Origin: an uncultured Isosphaeraceae bacterium | GTDB taxonomy: Bacteria; Planctomycetota; Phycisphaerae; Phycisphaerales; SM1A02 | Assembly (NCBI GenBank): GCA_964555705.1 | Contig: CAZKTN010000003.1 | Location: 55,062 to 119,061 of the forward strand | Direction: 5' to 3' | Length of the DNA stretch: 64,000 nt | In this document: piece after piece, positions 38,400-47,067 of the stretch | Layout: every line of letters begins with the position of its first letter | How positions within the stretch are numbered: the stretch's first letter is position 1 | The notes under the pieces: model-generated | The model's database searches: none | The model's input: only the letters and a program-made list of their open reading frames with translations | What the model was told of the DNA's origin: nothing | Position numbers and translations under genes: made by a program

Positions 38400-38813
38400 T
38401 CACGCCACCGGCGTGAATGTCGCGCCGCTCTGCACGTAGAAGTTCAGCAGCTGGCCCGTCGCGAAGTCCGACGCGGCCTGTCCGGGCGCCACCTCAAGCC
38501 ACATGGGCACCACAACATCGGCAAGCACGCGGTTGCGCTCGATGTCGGTCGCGATGACGCGGCCCTGGACGATGCGCGGATGGCCGTCGACAGGCTCGAT
38601 GAAGACGCCGCCACCGGCCGCGTGATTCATCTTCAGAGCCTTCGCATGCACGATGCCGCGCACCCGCCTGCCCACGTGCGGCGCGAGGTCGCGCTCGTCA
38701 GCGGCGCACGCGAGCCGGATCAGGTAGTTGGTGCCGGGAACGCGCAGGACCACATGACCGTCTGATGCGGTCATGAGCACGCCTGTCGCGACATCGCTCA
38801 CGGTGGTGGACAT
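38400..38813 (-). CDS. hypothetical protein (~137 aa)
   Basis: ATG at 38813 (MSTTVSDVATGV...). GC3-rich codon pattern throughout with balanced composition. No recognised domain. The upstream 39 codons of the track ORF were trimmed. Confidence 0.5.
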   Translation of the reverse strand: MSTTVSDVATGVLMTASDGHVVLRVPGTNYLIRLACAADERDLAPHVGRRVRGIVHAKALKMNHAAGGGVFIEPVDGHPRIVQGRVIATDIERNRVLADVVVPMWLEVAPGQAASDFATGQLLNFYVQSGATFTPVA

Positions 38814-38926
38814 GGGGAGGAAGGGTAGCGCGGGAGAGTGCGCGCGGTCATCCGATCCCGGATAGCTCCCACGTGCCGCACGGATCGTGCGCCGACGCGG
38901 CCACGGACCGTTGCCGCTCCCGCAGC

Positions 38927-39517
38927 TCACGCGACGCTGCGGAGGAAGTTTCCCACGAGCGCCGGCCCCTCACCGCTCAGGAAGCTCTCCGGGTGGAACT
39001 GCACGCCATCCATGGGGCAGCTGCGGGATCCTGGGCCTATCCACCGCAGTCCCATCACCAGGCCTTCGGGCGTCCACGCGCTCACCTCGAAGGGGCCGGC
39101 CACCGAGGACCGCTCCACGACGAGCGAGTGGTACCGCGCAACCGTCATCGGGCGCGGAAGGCCCTCGAACAGCCCGCGGCCGTCGTGCTCGATCGCGCTC
39201 GTCTTCCCATGCACAGGTTCGGGTGCCCTCACGACGCGCATCCCGAAGGCGTCTGCCATCGCCTGATGGCCAAGGCACACACCGAGGATGGGCACGCGCC
39301 CCGCGAGCGTCCGGATCGCGTCGCGGCAGATGCCGCTCTCGGCAGGAGAGCAGGGTCCGGGAGAGATGACAAGCGCAGACAGCCCCATCGATGCGAGCCG
39401 CTCCGCGTCGAGCTCGTCGTTGCGCACCACGCGCACGTCGGCGCCGGGCCTCTGCTGCCCGATCGCATGCACCAGGTTCCACGTGAACGAGTCGTAGTTG
39501 TCAAGGACCAGGATCAT
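38927..39517 (-). CDS. trpG: glutamine amidotransferase component II of anthranilate / aminodeoxychorismate synthase
   Basis: ATG at 39517 gives MILVLDNYDSFTWNLV. Class I GATase motifs are ISPGPCSP, GVCLGHQ and QFHPES. trpG versus pabA cannot be resolved from sequence alone. Confidence 0.85.
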   Translation of the reverse strand: MILVLDNYDSFTWNLVHAIGQQRPGADVRVVRNDELDAERLASMGLSALVISPGPCSPAESGICRDAIRTLAGRVPILGVCLGHQAMADAFGMRVVRAPEPVHGKTSAIEHDGRGLFEGLPRPMTVARYHSLVVERSSVAGPFEVSAWTPEGLVMGLRWIGPGSRSCPMDGVQFHPESFLSGEGPALVGNFLRSVA

Positions 39518-40511
39518 GGCTGTGATCGTGGTCATGGTCGTGGCTGTGGCCGTGATCGTGGCTCGGGTCGGTGCACGACGCGCCATGCTCGTGCGAGTGC
39601 GTCGCCGCCTCGAGGCGCCCGATGCCCCATGCGATGCCAAGTCCCGCGACGAGCGCAGCCGTGAGTCCAAGACGGTCATGCGAGTGGAACTGCAGCTCCG
39701 GCAGCAGGTCCGCGGCCGCGATGCACAGGAAGGTGCCCGCGCTGAACGCGAGCGCGAGGCCGAGGATCCCGGAGCTGTCGCCGCGCACGCCAAGCGCGAA
39801 GGCTGCCGCGCCGAGCGGCACGATGGCCGCGAACACCACGTTCATCACGTGGCGCCGCGCCGCGCTCGCGCCCGCAGCGGCCAGCATCGTGGAGAGCGTC
39901 ATCGCATCGAATGGCTTGTGCAGGAGCACCACCAGCACGGTGGCGAAGCCGGCCAGCGCGCCATGGCCCTCGCGTGCGCCGAGCTCGATGGCCGCAGCGA
40001 TCGCGATGCCCTCGAGCGCGCTGTGGAGCCCGAGTCCCGCGAAGGCGCCGATCCATCCGCCGCGCCCGAGCATCGCAGGCGCACCAGCGCCGGCCGCAGC
40101 GCCGGCAGCGGACGCCGCAGCAGGGCCCGCGCCAGAACCATGCGCGTGGACGTGCCCATGGTGCCCGTGGCTGCAGGCGTGCGCCTCACCATCTGCATCG
40201 ACCGGCTCGTGCCGGTGGTGGTCGAGGAACCGCGCGAGCACGAACATCACGATGAACCCGAGCACCGCGGCGATCATCACGGGCTCGATGCCGTCATGCG
40301 TGGCCACGGCCGACGGGCCGCGCGCCATGAACGCATGCGGCAGCATGTGGAAGCATGCCACGCCGAGCATGACGCCGGCCACCGCGCTCAGCGCGAACTG
40401 GAGCGCACGGTGCCCGAGCCTGATGCGGATTGCGGCCGCACCGCCCGCAACGCTTGCGGCGCACACGACGGCAAGCGAGATGATCAGCGCGATGGTCGGT
40501 GAGATGTCCAC
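39501..40511 (-). CDS. ZIP-family divalent metal transporter with His-rich loop and His-rich C-terminal tail
   Basis: 336 aa, multi-TM. ZIP signatures are HKPFDAMT and LHSALEGIAIA. The His-rich cytoplasmic loop is HHRHEPVD..HACSHGHHGHVHAHG. The C-terminal tail is HSHEHGASCTDPSHDHGHSHDHDHDHSHD. Its 3' end overlaps the trpG start by 17 nt. Confidence 0.8.
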   Translation of the reverse strand: MDISPTIALIISLAVVCAASVAGGAAAIRIRLGHRALQFALSAVAGVMLGVACFHMLPHAFMARGPSAVATHDGIEPVMIAAVLGFIVMFVLARFLDHHRHEPVDADGEAHACSHGHHGHVHAHGSGAGPAAASAAGAAAGAGAPAMLGRGGWIGAFAGLGLHSALEGIAIAAAIELGAREGHGALAGFATVLVVLLHKPFDAMTLSTMLAAAGASAARRHVMNVVFAAIVPLGAAAFALGVRGDSSGILGLALAFSAGTFLCIAAADLLPELQFHSHDRLGLTAALVAGLGIAWGIGRLEAATHSHEHGASCTDPSHDHGHSHDHDHDHSHDPGP

Positions 40512-40593
40512 AGGCAGTTTCGCTCAGGCCTCAGGCCTGGAGTTGCGCGACCATTCTCGCGCGCGGCAGAGGGCGAGGCGCCGAGCCTCCACG

Positions 40594-40618
40594 AAAAACC
40601 CCCGCACAGGCGCGGGGG
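40594..40618 (-). terminator. rho-independent terminator downstream of tRNA-Ala
   Basis: The minus strand reads CCCCCGC-GCCTGT-GCGGGGG followed by TTTTT, about 20 nt after the tRNA 3' end. Confidence 0.7.
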
Positions 40619-40637
40619 CATTCGTGATTCGCTGCAG

Positions 40638-40710
40638 TGGAGTGGATGAGGATCGAACTCACAACCTCCTCGATGCGACCGAGGCGCTCTCCCAATTGAG
40701 CTACCACCCC
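40638..40710 (-). tRNA. tRNA-Ala (anticodon CGC)
   Basis: Hand-folded cloverleaf, 73 nt. Acceptor GGGGTGG/CCACTCC carries the G3:U70 Ala identity pair. D arm is GCTC..GAGC. Anticodon stem CCTCG/CGAGG has loop GTCGCAT. T arm is GTGAG-TTCGATC-CTCAT. Discriminator is A and CCA is not encoded. Confidence 0.95.
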
Positions 40711-40775
40711 AAGGGAGACCGACCAATATACCCATCCGCCCCGCCACTGACCAGCGCGGATACCTTGCGGCAGCG

Positions 40776-43565
40776 ATGGGAGAACGCGCGGACACCGCTA
40801 CGCCCGCATCAAGGCAGGAGGCCCCGAACGCCGCGGTCCGGCCACCATCCGCGGATCCCCCCGCGGCTCCTGCGCCCAACCGCGACACGCCCGCCATGCG
40901 CCAGCACGCGCGCTTCAAGGCGGCGCATCCGGGATGCATCCTGCTCTTCAGGATGGGCGACTTCTACGAGATGTTCGATGACGATGCGGTCGTCGCGCAC
41001 CGGATCCTCGGCATCACGCTGACGGAGCGCACGAGCGGCATCCCGATGGCGGGAGTCCCCTTCCACTCGGCGGAGACCTACATACGCCGCCTTGTGGAGT
41101 CCGGCCAGCGCATCGCGGTGTGCGAGCAGGTCGAGGATCCCAAGTCAGCCAAGGGCGTCGTCGAGCGCGCTGTGGTGCGCGTCGTCACGCCGGGCACTCG
41201 AGTCGACGAGTCGCTCCTCGAGGATGGGACGCCGAACCGGATCGCTGCACTCGTCATCGAGGGCGAGCGCGCCGCAGTCGCCACAGCCGAGCTGAGCACC
41301 GGGTCGTTCGAGGTGCACTCCTGCACGGCGCGCGAGTGGCCCGGCGTGCTTGTGCGAGCGGCCGCGTCCGAAGTGCTCTACGCCGAGGGCGGCTCCGGAC
41401 CGGATGGCGCTGCGCTCGATGCCGAACTCCGCGCGATGGGGGTGTCGCCCGCGCCGCGCGCGCCGGGCGCCATGAGCGAACGCACCGCGCGCGACTCCTT
41501 CCGACGCCACTACAGGGTGACGGACCTCAGCGGATACGGCCTCGGCGACGGCGGTCTCGAGCTCCGCGCTGCGGGCTCGCTGCTGACCTACCTGCTTGAC
41601 ACGCAGGCCGGCCTGGCCGTGGACGGTGCGCACGGCACATCCGCGGGCACGCGAAGCCTCGCGCACCTGGAGCCTCCGCGCCGCATCAGCCGCGAGAGCG
41701 CCGTGCAGATCGACGCATGGACCCTGCGCGCGCTCGAGATCGAGCGGACCCAGCTCTCGGGTTCGATCGACGGATCGCTGCTGGGGAGCCTCGTGGCCCC
41801 TCGCACGCCGATGGGACGCCGCCTCCTGCGCGAGTGGCTGCTTCAGCCGCTGCGCGACGCGGCCGCCGTGACAGGCCGCCACTCGGCGGTGTCGGTGCTG
41901 CACTCGGATGATGCGCTGCGCGCGGCCCTCGGCCGTGCACTCGCCGCAGTGCAGGACATCGCGCGAATCCATGGCAGGGTTGCCATGAGGCGCGCCACGC
42001 CGCGCGACATCGTGGCCCTTGGCACCTCGCTCGCGAGGATCGCGCCGCTCGCGGAGTCCCTCGCAGACCTCGACTCGCTCGCCGCACTGCGCGCTCGGCT
42101 CGCCGCCACGCTGCCCGTGCTCGACCCCCTCTCGCTGCGCATCGCAGGCACATGCGTCGACGATGCGCCCACCCACATGCGCGAGGGTGGCCTCATCCGC
42201 GACGGCGTCGACGCCGAGCTCGACGAGGCGCGCGGGCTCCAGCGCGACGCCGGCGCATGGCTCGCCGAGTACCAGTCGCAGCTCATCTCGCAGACAGGCA
42301 TCGAAAGCCTCCGCACCGGATACAACCGGGTCTTCGGCTTCTACATCGAGGTGACCCACACGCACTCGGCCCGCGTGCCTGCCTCATTCACGAGGCGGCA
42401 GACGCTGCGCAACGCGGAGCGCTACGTCACGCCCGAGCTCAAGGGCTACGAGGACCGCGTCCTCTCCGCGGAGTCACGCGCCCACGAGCGCGAGCGTGCA
42501 CTCTTCGAGGAGCTGCTCGGCCACGTGGCCGCCGCGGGACCCGCCATCGCCGACGCGGCACGCGCCATCGCCGAGCTCGACTGCCTGTGCGCGTTCGCTG
42601 AGCAGGCCGTGCGGCGAAACTGGGTGCGCCCGGCGATCAGCGCGGATCCGGTGCTCGACATCGTGGGCGGCCGCCATCCCGTGCTCGACCAGTCGCTCGG
42701 ATCGGGCTGCGTGCCCAACGACTGCACGCTTGGCGGCCCGGGCCAGCCCACGCTTGCGCTTGTCACCGGCCCCAACATGGCCGGCAAGAGCACATACATC
42801 CGCCAGAACGCGCTGCTGTGCGCGCTCGCGCTCGCAGGGTCCTTCGTGCCCGCCGAACGTGCCACGATCGGGCTCTGCGACCGCATCTTCGCGCGCATCG
42901 GCGCGGGCGACGAGCTGCACGCGGGCCGCTCGACCTTCATGGTGGAGATGACCGAGACCGCGCAGATCCTCAACGGTTCCACTGCGCGCACGCTTGTGGT
43001 GCTCGACGAGATCGGCCGCGGCACAAGCACGCTCGATGGGCTGAGCCTCGCATGGGCGATCGCCGAGACGCTCGCCGCACGCGGATGCCGCACGCTCTTC
43101 GCCACCCACTACCACGAGATCACGGCGCTCGCCGATGCGGACTCGCGCATCGGCAACCTGCGCGTCGCCGTGCGCGAGTGGAAGGACGAGATCGTGTTCC
43201 TTCACCGCATCGAGCCCGGCCGTGCCGACCGCTCCTACGGCATCCATGTCGCGCGGCTCGCAGGGCTGCCTGCGAGCACCATCCGCCGCGCGCACGCGGT
43301 GCTCGAGTCGCTTGCCGTCCACGGGACGCCCGCCGGATCGCCCGCACGTGAGCCCGGGCTCTTCGATGCGTCAGCACATGAGCTGCAGCCGGCGCTCGCG
43401 TCGGCGCCAGGGCCGCACGACGTCATGCCCGCCGGCCACACCGTGCCCCCAGCCAGCCCGGGCGAGCGGGATGCGCTCGATGCTCTGCGGTCGGCGCAGC
43501 TCGAGTCGATGACCCCGCTGCAGGCCTTCGACCTGATGCGCCGCGTGCGGGAGCTGCTCGACTGA
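40776..43565 (+). CDS. mutS: DNA mismatch repair protein MutS
   Basis: 929 aa. TPAMRQHARFKAAHPGCILLFRMGDFYEMFDDDA is the MutS domain I signature with the Phe-x-Glu mismatch-recognition motif present as FYE. Walker A is GPNMAGKSTYIRQ, followed by DEIGRGTST and FATHYHE. Confidence 0.95.
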   Translation: MGERADTATPASRQEAPNAAVRPPSADPPAAPAPNRDTPAMRQHARFKAAHPGCILLFRMGDFYEMFDDDAVVAHRILGITLTERTSGIPMAGVPFHSAETYIRRLVESGQRIAVCEQVEDPKSAKGVVERAVVRVVTPGTRVDESLLEDGTPNRIAALVIEGERAAVATAELSTGSFEVHSCTAREWPGVLVRAAASEVLYAEGGSGPDGAALDAELRAMGVSPAPRAPGAMSERTARDSFRRHYRVTDLSGYGLGDGGLELRAAGSLLTYLLDTQAGLAVDGAHGTSAGTRSLAHLEPPRRISRESAVQIDAWTLRALEIERTQLSGSIDGSLLGSLVAPRTPMGRRLLREWLLQPLRDAAAVTGRHSAVSVLHSDDALRAALGRALAAVQDIARIHGRVAMRRATPRDIVALGTSLARIAPLAESLADLDSLAALRARLAATLPVLDPLSLRIAGTCVDDAPTHMREGGLIRDGVDAELDEARGLQRDAGAWLAEYQSQLISQTGIESLRTGYNRVFGFYIEVTHTHSARVPASFTRRQTLRNAERYVTPELKGYEDRVLSAESRAHERERALFEELLGHVAAAGPAIADAARAIAELDCLCAFAEQAVRRNWVRPAISADPVLDIVGGRHPVLDQSLGSGCVPNDCTLGGPGQPTLALVTGPNMAGKSTYIRQNALLCALALAGSFVPAERATIGLCDRIFARIGAGDELHAGRSTFMVEMTETAQILNGSTARTLVVLDEIGRGTSTLDGLSLAWAIAETLAARGCRTLFATHYHEITALADADSRIGNLRVAVREWKDEIVFLHRIEPGRADRSYGIHVARLAGLPASTIRRAHAVLESLAVHGTPAGSPAREPGLFDASAHELQPALASAPGPHDVMPAGHTVPPASPGERDALDALRSAQLESMTPLQAFDLMRRVRELLD

Positions 43566-43643
43566 GCGCAGGGCGCCCGTGACGCGGACCCGACGCCGCC
43601 GCACCTGTGCGCTGGCACCGCCCCCTCGCCTACGCTTCGCGCC

Positions 43644-44207
43644 ATGGACGCCGCAACGCTCCGTGCCTCGCACGACGCAGGCCTCACCTACGCGCAGTAC
43701 CTCGCCTCGGACGTGGCGCGCGCGCGCCCCTGGCACGAGGTCGGGCAGCGCGTGAAGCTCACTCCGGCCCAGCGCTCGCTCCTGGCGAGCTTCACGCGCA
43801 CCATGCCCGTCATCTGCCTCAGCGGCATCTGGTGCGGCGACTGCTCCGCGCAGGGACCGATGCTCGCGGCCATCGCCGACGCGTGCCCCGCAGTCGACCT
43901 CCGCTGGCTCGACCGCGACGAGCATGCGGAGCTCTCCGAGCGGGTCACGATCTGCGGAGGGCGACGCGTGCCGACCGTCATCTGGATGTCGGAGGACTTC
44001 GAGTTCGTGTCGCTGCTGGGCGACCGCACGATCTCCCGCTACCGGGCGATGGCAGCGCGCGCGCTCGGCGCATCATGCCCCCTTCCCGGAGCGCCCCTGC
44101 CCGACGACGAGATGGCCGCGACGCTCGCGGACTGGGTGTGCGAGTTCGAGCGCGTCCAGCTGCTGCTGCGCCTCTCCCCGCGCCTGCGGCAGAAGCACGG
44201 CGACTGA
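43644..44207 (+). CDS. thioredoxin-fold family protein (WCGDC active site)
   Basis: 187 aa. The CxxC motif sits in ICLSGIWCGDCSAQGPML, with a downstream cis-Pro-like RVPTVIW typical of a thioredoxin fold. Confidence 0.65.
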   Translation: MDAATLRASHDAGLTYAQYLASDVARARPWHEVGQRVKLTPAQRSLLASFTRTMPVICLSGIWCGDCSAQGPMLAAIADACPAVDLRWLDRDEHAELSERVTICGGRRVPTVIWMSEDFEFVSLLGDRTISRYRAMAARALGASCPLPGAPLPDDEMAATLADWVCEFERVQLLLRLSPRLRQKHGD

Positions 44208-44268
44208 GCGCACCGCAGGCAGCACGGCGCTGTGCACCAGCACACGACCGTGCGCCGCACGTCGGGGA

Positions 44269-45471
44269 TCAGCGCAGCTTGAGGCTCGCAAGCGCAAGCA
44301 TCGCCAGCACCACCGAGATGATGTAGAAGCGGGTCACCACCTGCTGCTCCTTCCACCCGCCGAGGTGGAAGTGATGGTGGACCGGCGCGCAGCGCAGGAT
44401 GCGGCGGCCCTCGCCGCGCGTGCGCCTGGTGAACTTGAACCACCCCGTCTGCAGCATCACGCTGCCGATCTCGAAGATGTAGATGCCGCCCACGAGCGGC
44501 AGCAGGGCCTCCTGCCGCGTCGCCACCGCGATGAGCGCCACAAGCCCGCCCATCGGCAGGCTGCCGGTGTCGCCCATGAAGACGCTTGCGGGCGAGCAGT
44601 TGAACCACAGGAAACCCAGGCACGCGCCCGCCATCGCCCCAGCCACGACCATCAGCTCGCCGGTGCCCTCCACATGCGGCACCATCAGGAAGTACGCAGC
44701 GCGCGGGCTGCCTGCGATCCACGCGATCACCATCAGCGCGAAGCTGGTGATGACGAGGTTGCCTGGCGCAAGCCCATCCATCCCATCGGTGATGTTCACG
44801 GCGTTGGACATGAACGCGATCACGAGCATCGCGAGGATCGTGAACGCACCGACACCAAGCACGATCACGCTGCCGTCCACCACAGGAGGCTGCACGATCG
44901 ACTCGACCGTCGGCGTCGGCGGGTAGGTGCGCTGGAAGGGAAGGTTCAGCACGTGGCCGTCCATGCCGGCCGCCGCCTTCCACAGGAAGAAGCCGACGAG
45001 CGCACCGATGCCGAGCTGGAAGAGCAGCTTCTCCCATGCGAACAGGCCCTCGCGCTGGCCAGGGTTGCGGCGGCTTGCGGTGAGCTTGAGCCAGTCGTCT
45101 ATGCCTCCGACGAACGCAAGCCACAGCGTGAGGATCATCGCGAGGTGCACGTACCGGTTGTGCACGATGTCGCCGAGCAGCGCCACGGTGACCACGATCG
45201 CGCCGATGATGAGGATGCCGCCCATGGTGGGCGTGCCCGCCCGCGATTTCATCAGCTCGTTGAGGTCCCTGTTGTAGAACTCAGGGGCATCGCCGATCTT
45301 CTGCAGCGCCAGCCAGCGGATGGTGCGGCGGCCGAAGGCAAGCACGAGCACGAACGAGAGCAGCACGGCGCCGAACGCGCGGAACTCCTGCTGGTACATC
45401 ACCATCACGAGCGGGAACAGCCCGCGGTCGTCGAGCCACCCCTGCAGCAGTTCGGTCAGCCAGTAGAGCAT
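44269..45471 (-). CDS. mraY: phospho-N-acetylmuramoyl-pentapeptide transferase
   Basis: 400 aa, polytopic. Motifs: KxGTPTMGG (SRAGTPTMGGI), NAVNITDGMDGLA, FMGDTGSLPMGG and APVHHHF. Confidence 0.95.
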   Translation of the reverse strand: MLYWLTELLQGWLDDRGLFPLVMVMYQQEFRAFGAVLLSFVLVLAFGRRTIRWLALQKIGDAPEFYNRDLNELMKSRAGTPTMGGILIIGAIVVTVALLGDIVHNRYVHLAMILTLWLAFVGGIDDWLKLTASRRNPGQREGLFAWEKLLFQLGIGALVGFFLWKAAAGMDGHVLNLPFQRTYPPTPTVESIVQPPVVDGSVIVLGVGAFTILAMLVIAFMSNAVNITDGMDGLAPGNLVITSFALMVIAWIAGSPRAAYFLMVPHVEGTGELMVVAGAMAGACLGFLWFNCSPASVFMGDTGSLPMGGLVALIAVATRQEALLPLVGGIYIFEIGSVMLQTGWFKFTRRTRGEGRRILRCAPVHHHFHLGGWKEQQVVTRFYIISVVLAMLALASLKLR

Positions 45472-45486
45472 CGGCGGCGGTCCGCG

Positions 45487-46956
45487 CTAGGCGGCGCTGC
45501 GCCCCTGCGTGGCGGGGGCCTGAAGCGCACCGAGCAGCCGCTCCATCGCGCTGCCACGGGATCCCTTCAGCAGGATCGCGTCGCCCGGCTCGAGCGCCTC
45601 CGCCACCAGCGCCATGGACCCAGGCTGCAGGTCGGGCACATGGAGCACGTTCGCTCCGCGCGCCTCGCGTGCGGCGACCGCGGCATGCGCGGAGAGCTTG
45701 CCGACGAAGATCGCCAGTTCGGGCGGACCGCCCGCAAAGGACCGCATGACCGTGCGGCCGGTCTCCGCGTGTAGCGCCGGCGCATCATCGCCGAGCTCAA
45801 GCATGTCCCCAAGCACCACGACCCGCCGCGGCGCCTGCGACGCGAGCTCTGCGAAGGCGCCTAGCGCGGCGGCCACGGCATCGGGGTTGGCGTTGTACGC
45901 ATCGTTGAAGATGGTGTAGGTGCCGACCTGCTGGCGCACCATGCGCATGTCAGCCGGCTCGACTGCACCGAGTCCCGCAGCGATCTCCGCGTCAGGGATG
46001 CCGCGGTCGATGCCGACCGCGATCGCCGAGAGCGCATTCATCGCGTTGTGCATGCCAGGCAGCGCCAGCCGCACCTCCATCCTGCGGCCGCATGCATCCA
46101 CCGAGATGAGCTGCCCCGTGCCGTCGTTGCGGCGGCCGACAAGCCGCACGTGGTTGGCGGGTCCCTCGCCGAAGCGCACCACACGCGCCCCCGCGGGCAG
46201 TGCGCGCGCGAGCGCATCGTCGACCAGTGCGCTGTCGCCGCGCACCACAGCCAGCCCGCCAGCAGGCAGTGCCGACACGAGCGAGAGCTTCTCGCGCGCA
46301 ATTGCCTCGACCGAGCCGAGCCGCTCGAGGTGCGCGCGCCCCACCATGGTGACCACGGCCACCGTCGGGCGCGCGATCTCCGCCAGCATTGCGATCTCGC
46401 CAGGCGCATTCATCCCGATCTCGCAGATCACGTAGTCGTGGTCCACGTGCGCCGCGCATAGCGTGATCGGCACGCCCACATCGTTGTTGAAGCTCCGCGG
46501 GCTCGCGGTGCCGCGCAGGGTGCGCGAGAGCACGCCGTGGACCAGCCGCTTCACCGTCGTCTTGCCTGCGCTTCCGGTCACGCCCACCACCTGCATGCCG
46601 CCAAGCCGCGCGCGCCACGCGCGGGCAGCGTCGACAAGCGCACGCCGCGCGTCGTCCACCATCAGCACGGCGGCACTGCCCGGGTCGGCTACGCGCACCC
46701 GGCCCCACCGCCCGCGCTCCACGACGAGCAGCGCAGCCCCTGCCCGCAGCGCATCGAGCAGATAGTCGTGCGCGTCGAAGCGCTCCCCGCGCAGCGCGAA
46801 GAAGGCGCGCCCATCGAGATCGGAACGGGTGTCGGTGCCGATGCCGGCCAGCCGGCCATCGGCCGACGTGCGGCAGCATCGGCCCGTCCCGCAGGGCAGG
46901 CCTGGTGCGACAGCCCACTCGCCGCCAAGGGCCGCGCAGAGCTCCATCGGCGTCAT
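45487..46956 (-). CDS. murF: UDP-N-acetylmuramoyl-tripeptide--D-alanyl-D-alanine ligase
   Basis: ATG at 46956 (MTPMELCAALGGEW...). The P-loop is GVTGSAGKTTVKR, with the Mur ligase middle and C-terminal domains (DAYNANP, VLGDMLELG). The track ORF start at 47061 adds 35 repeat-derived codons. Confidence 0.9.
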   Translation of the reverse strand: MTPMELCAALGGEWAVAPGLPCGTGRCCRTSADGRLAGIGTDTRSDLDGRAFFALRGERFDAHDYLLDALRAGAALLVVERGRWGRVRVADPGSAAVLMVDDARRALVDAARAWRARLGGMQVVGVTGSAGKTTVKRLVHGVLSRTLRGTASPRSFNNDVGVPITLCAAHVDHDYVICEIGMNAPGEIAMLAEIARPTVAVVTMVGRAHLERLGSVEAIAREKLSLVSALPAGGLAVVRGDSALVDDALARALPAGARVVRFGEGPANHVRLVGRRNDGTGQLISVDACGRRMEVRLALPGMHNAMNALSAIAVGIDRGIPDAEIAAGLGAVEPADMRMVRQQVGTYTIFNDAYNANPDAVAAALGAFAELASQAPRRVVVLGDMLELGDDAPALHAETGRTVMRSFAGGPPELAIFVGKLSAHAAVAAREARGANVLHVPDLQPGSMALVAEALEPGDAILLKGSRGSAMERLLGALQAPATQGRSAA

Positions 46957-47067
46957 GAAGCCGCGCCCGCTGCGCGCATCGCATCCGCTCATCGCATCCA
47001 TCGCATCACTCCTGGCATCCATGCCATCCATGAACCGAACCGCTGCGGCCCGCGGCCGCACCGCTCC

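Noticed and set aside
40560-40775. tRNA-Ala and the tRNA cluster at 58.3-59.3 kb as integration hotspots or genomic-island borders
   Set aside because: No integrase, recombinase, direct repeat of the tRNA 3' end or compositional shift is visible on either side. The flanking genes are core housekeeping genes (mutS, ZIP, pyrG, trmL).
46957-47067. CATCC/CATCG-rich micro-repeats between murE and murF (..GCATCCATCGCATCACTCCTGGCATCCATGCCATCCATG..)
   Set aside because: They are short, degenerate and confined to about 60 nt. They explain the spurious MDGMDARSDAMDAMSG N-terminal extension of the murF track ORF. There is no evidence of function beyond possibly being a slippage-prone spacer.
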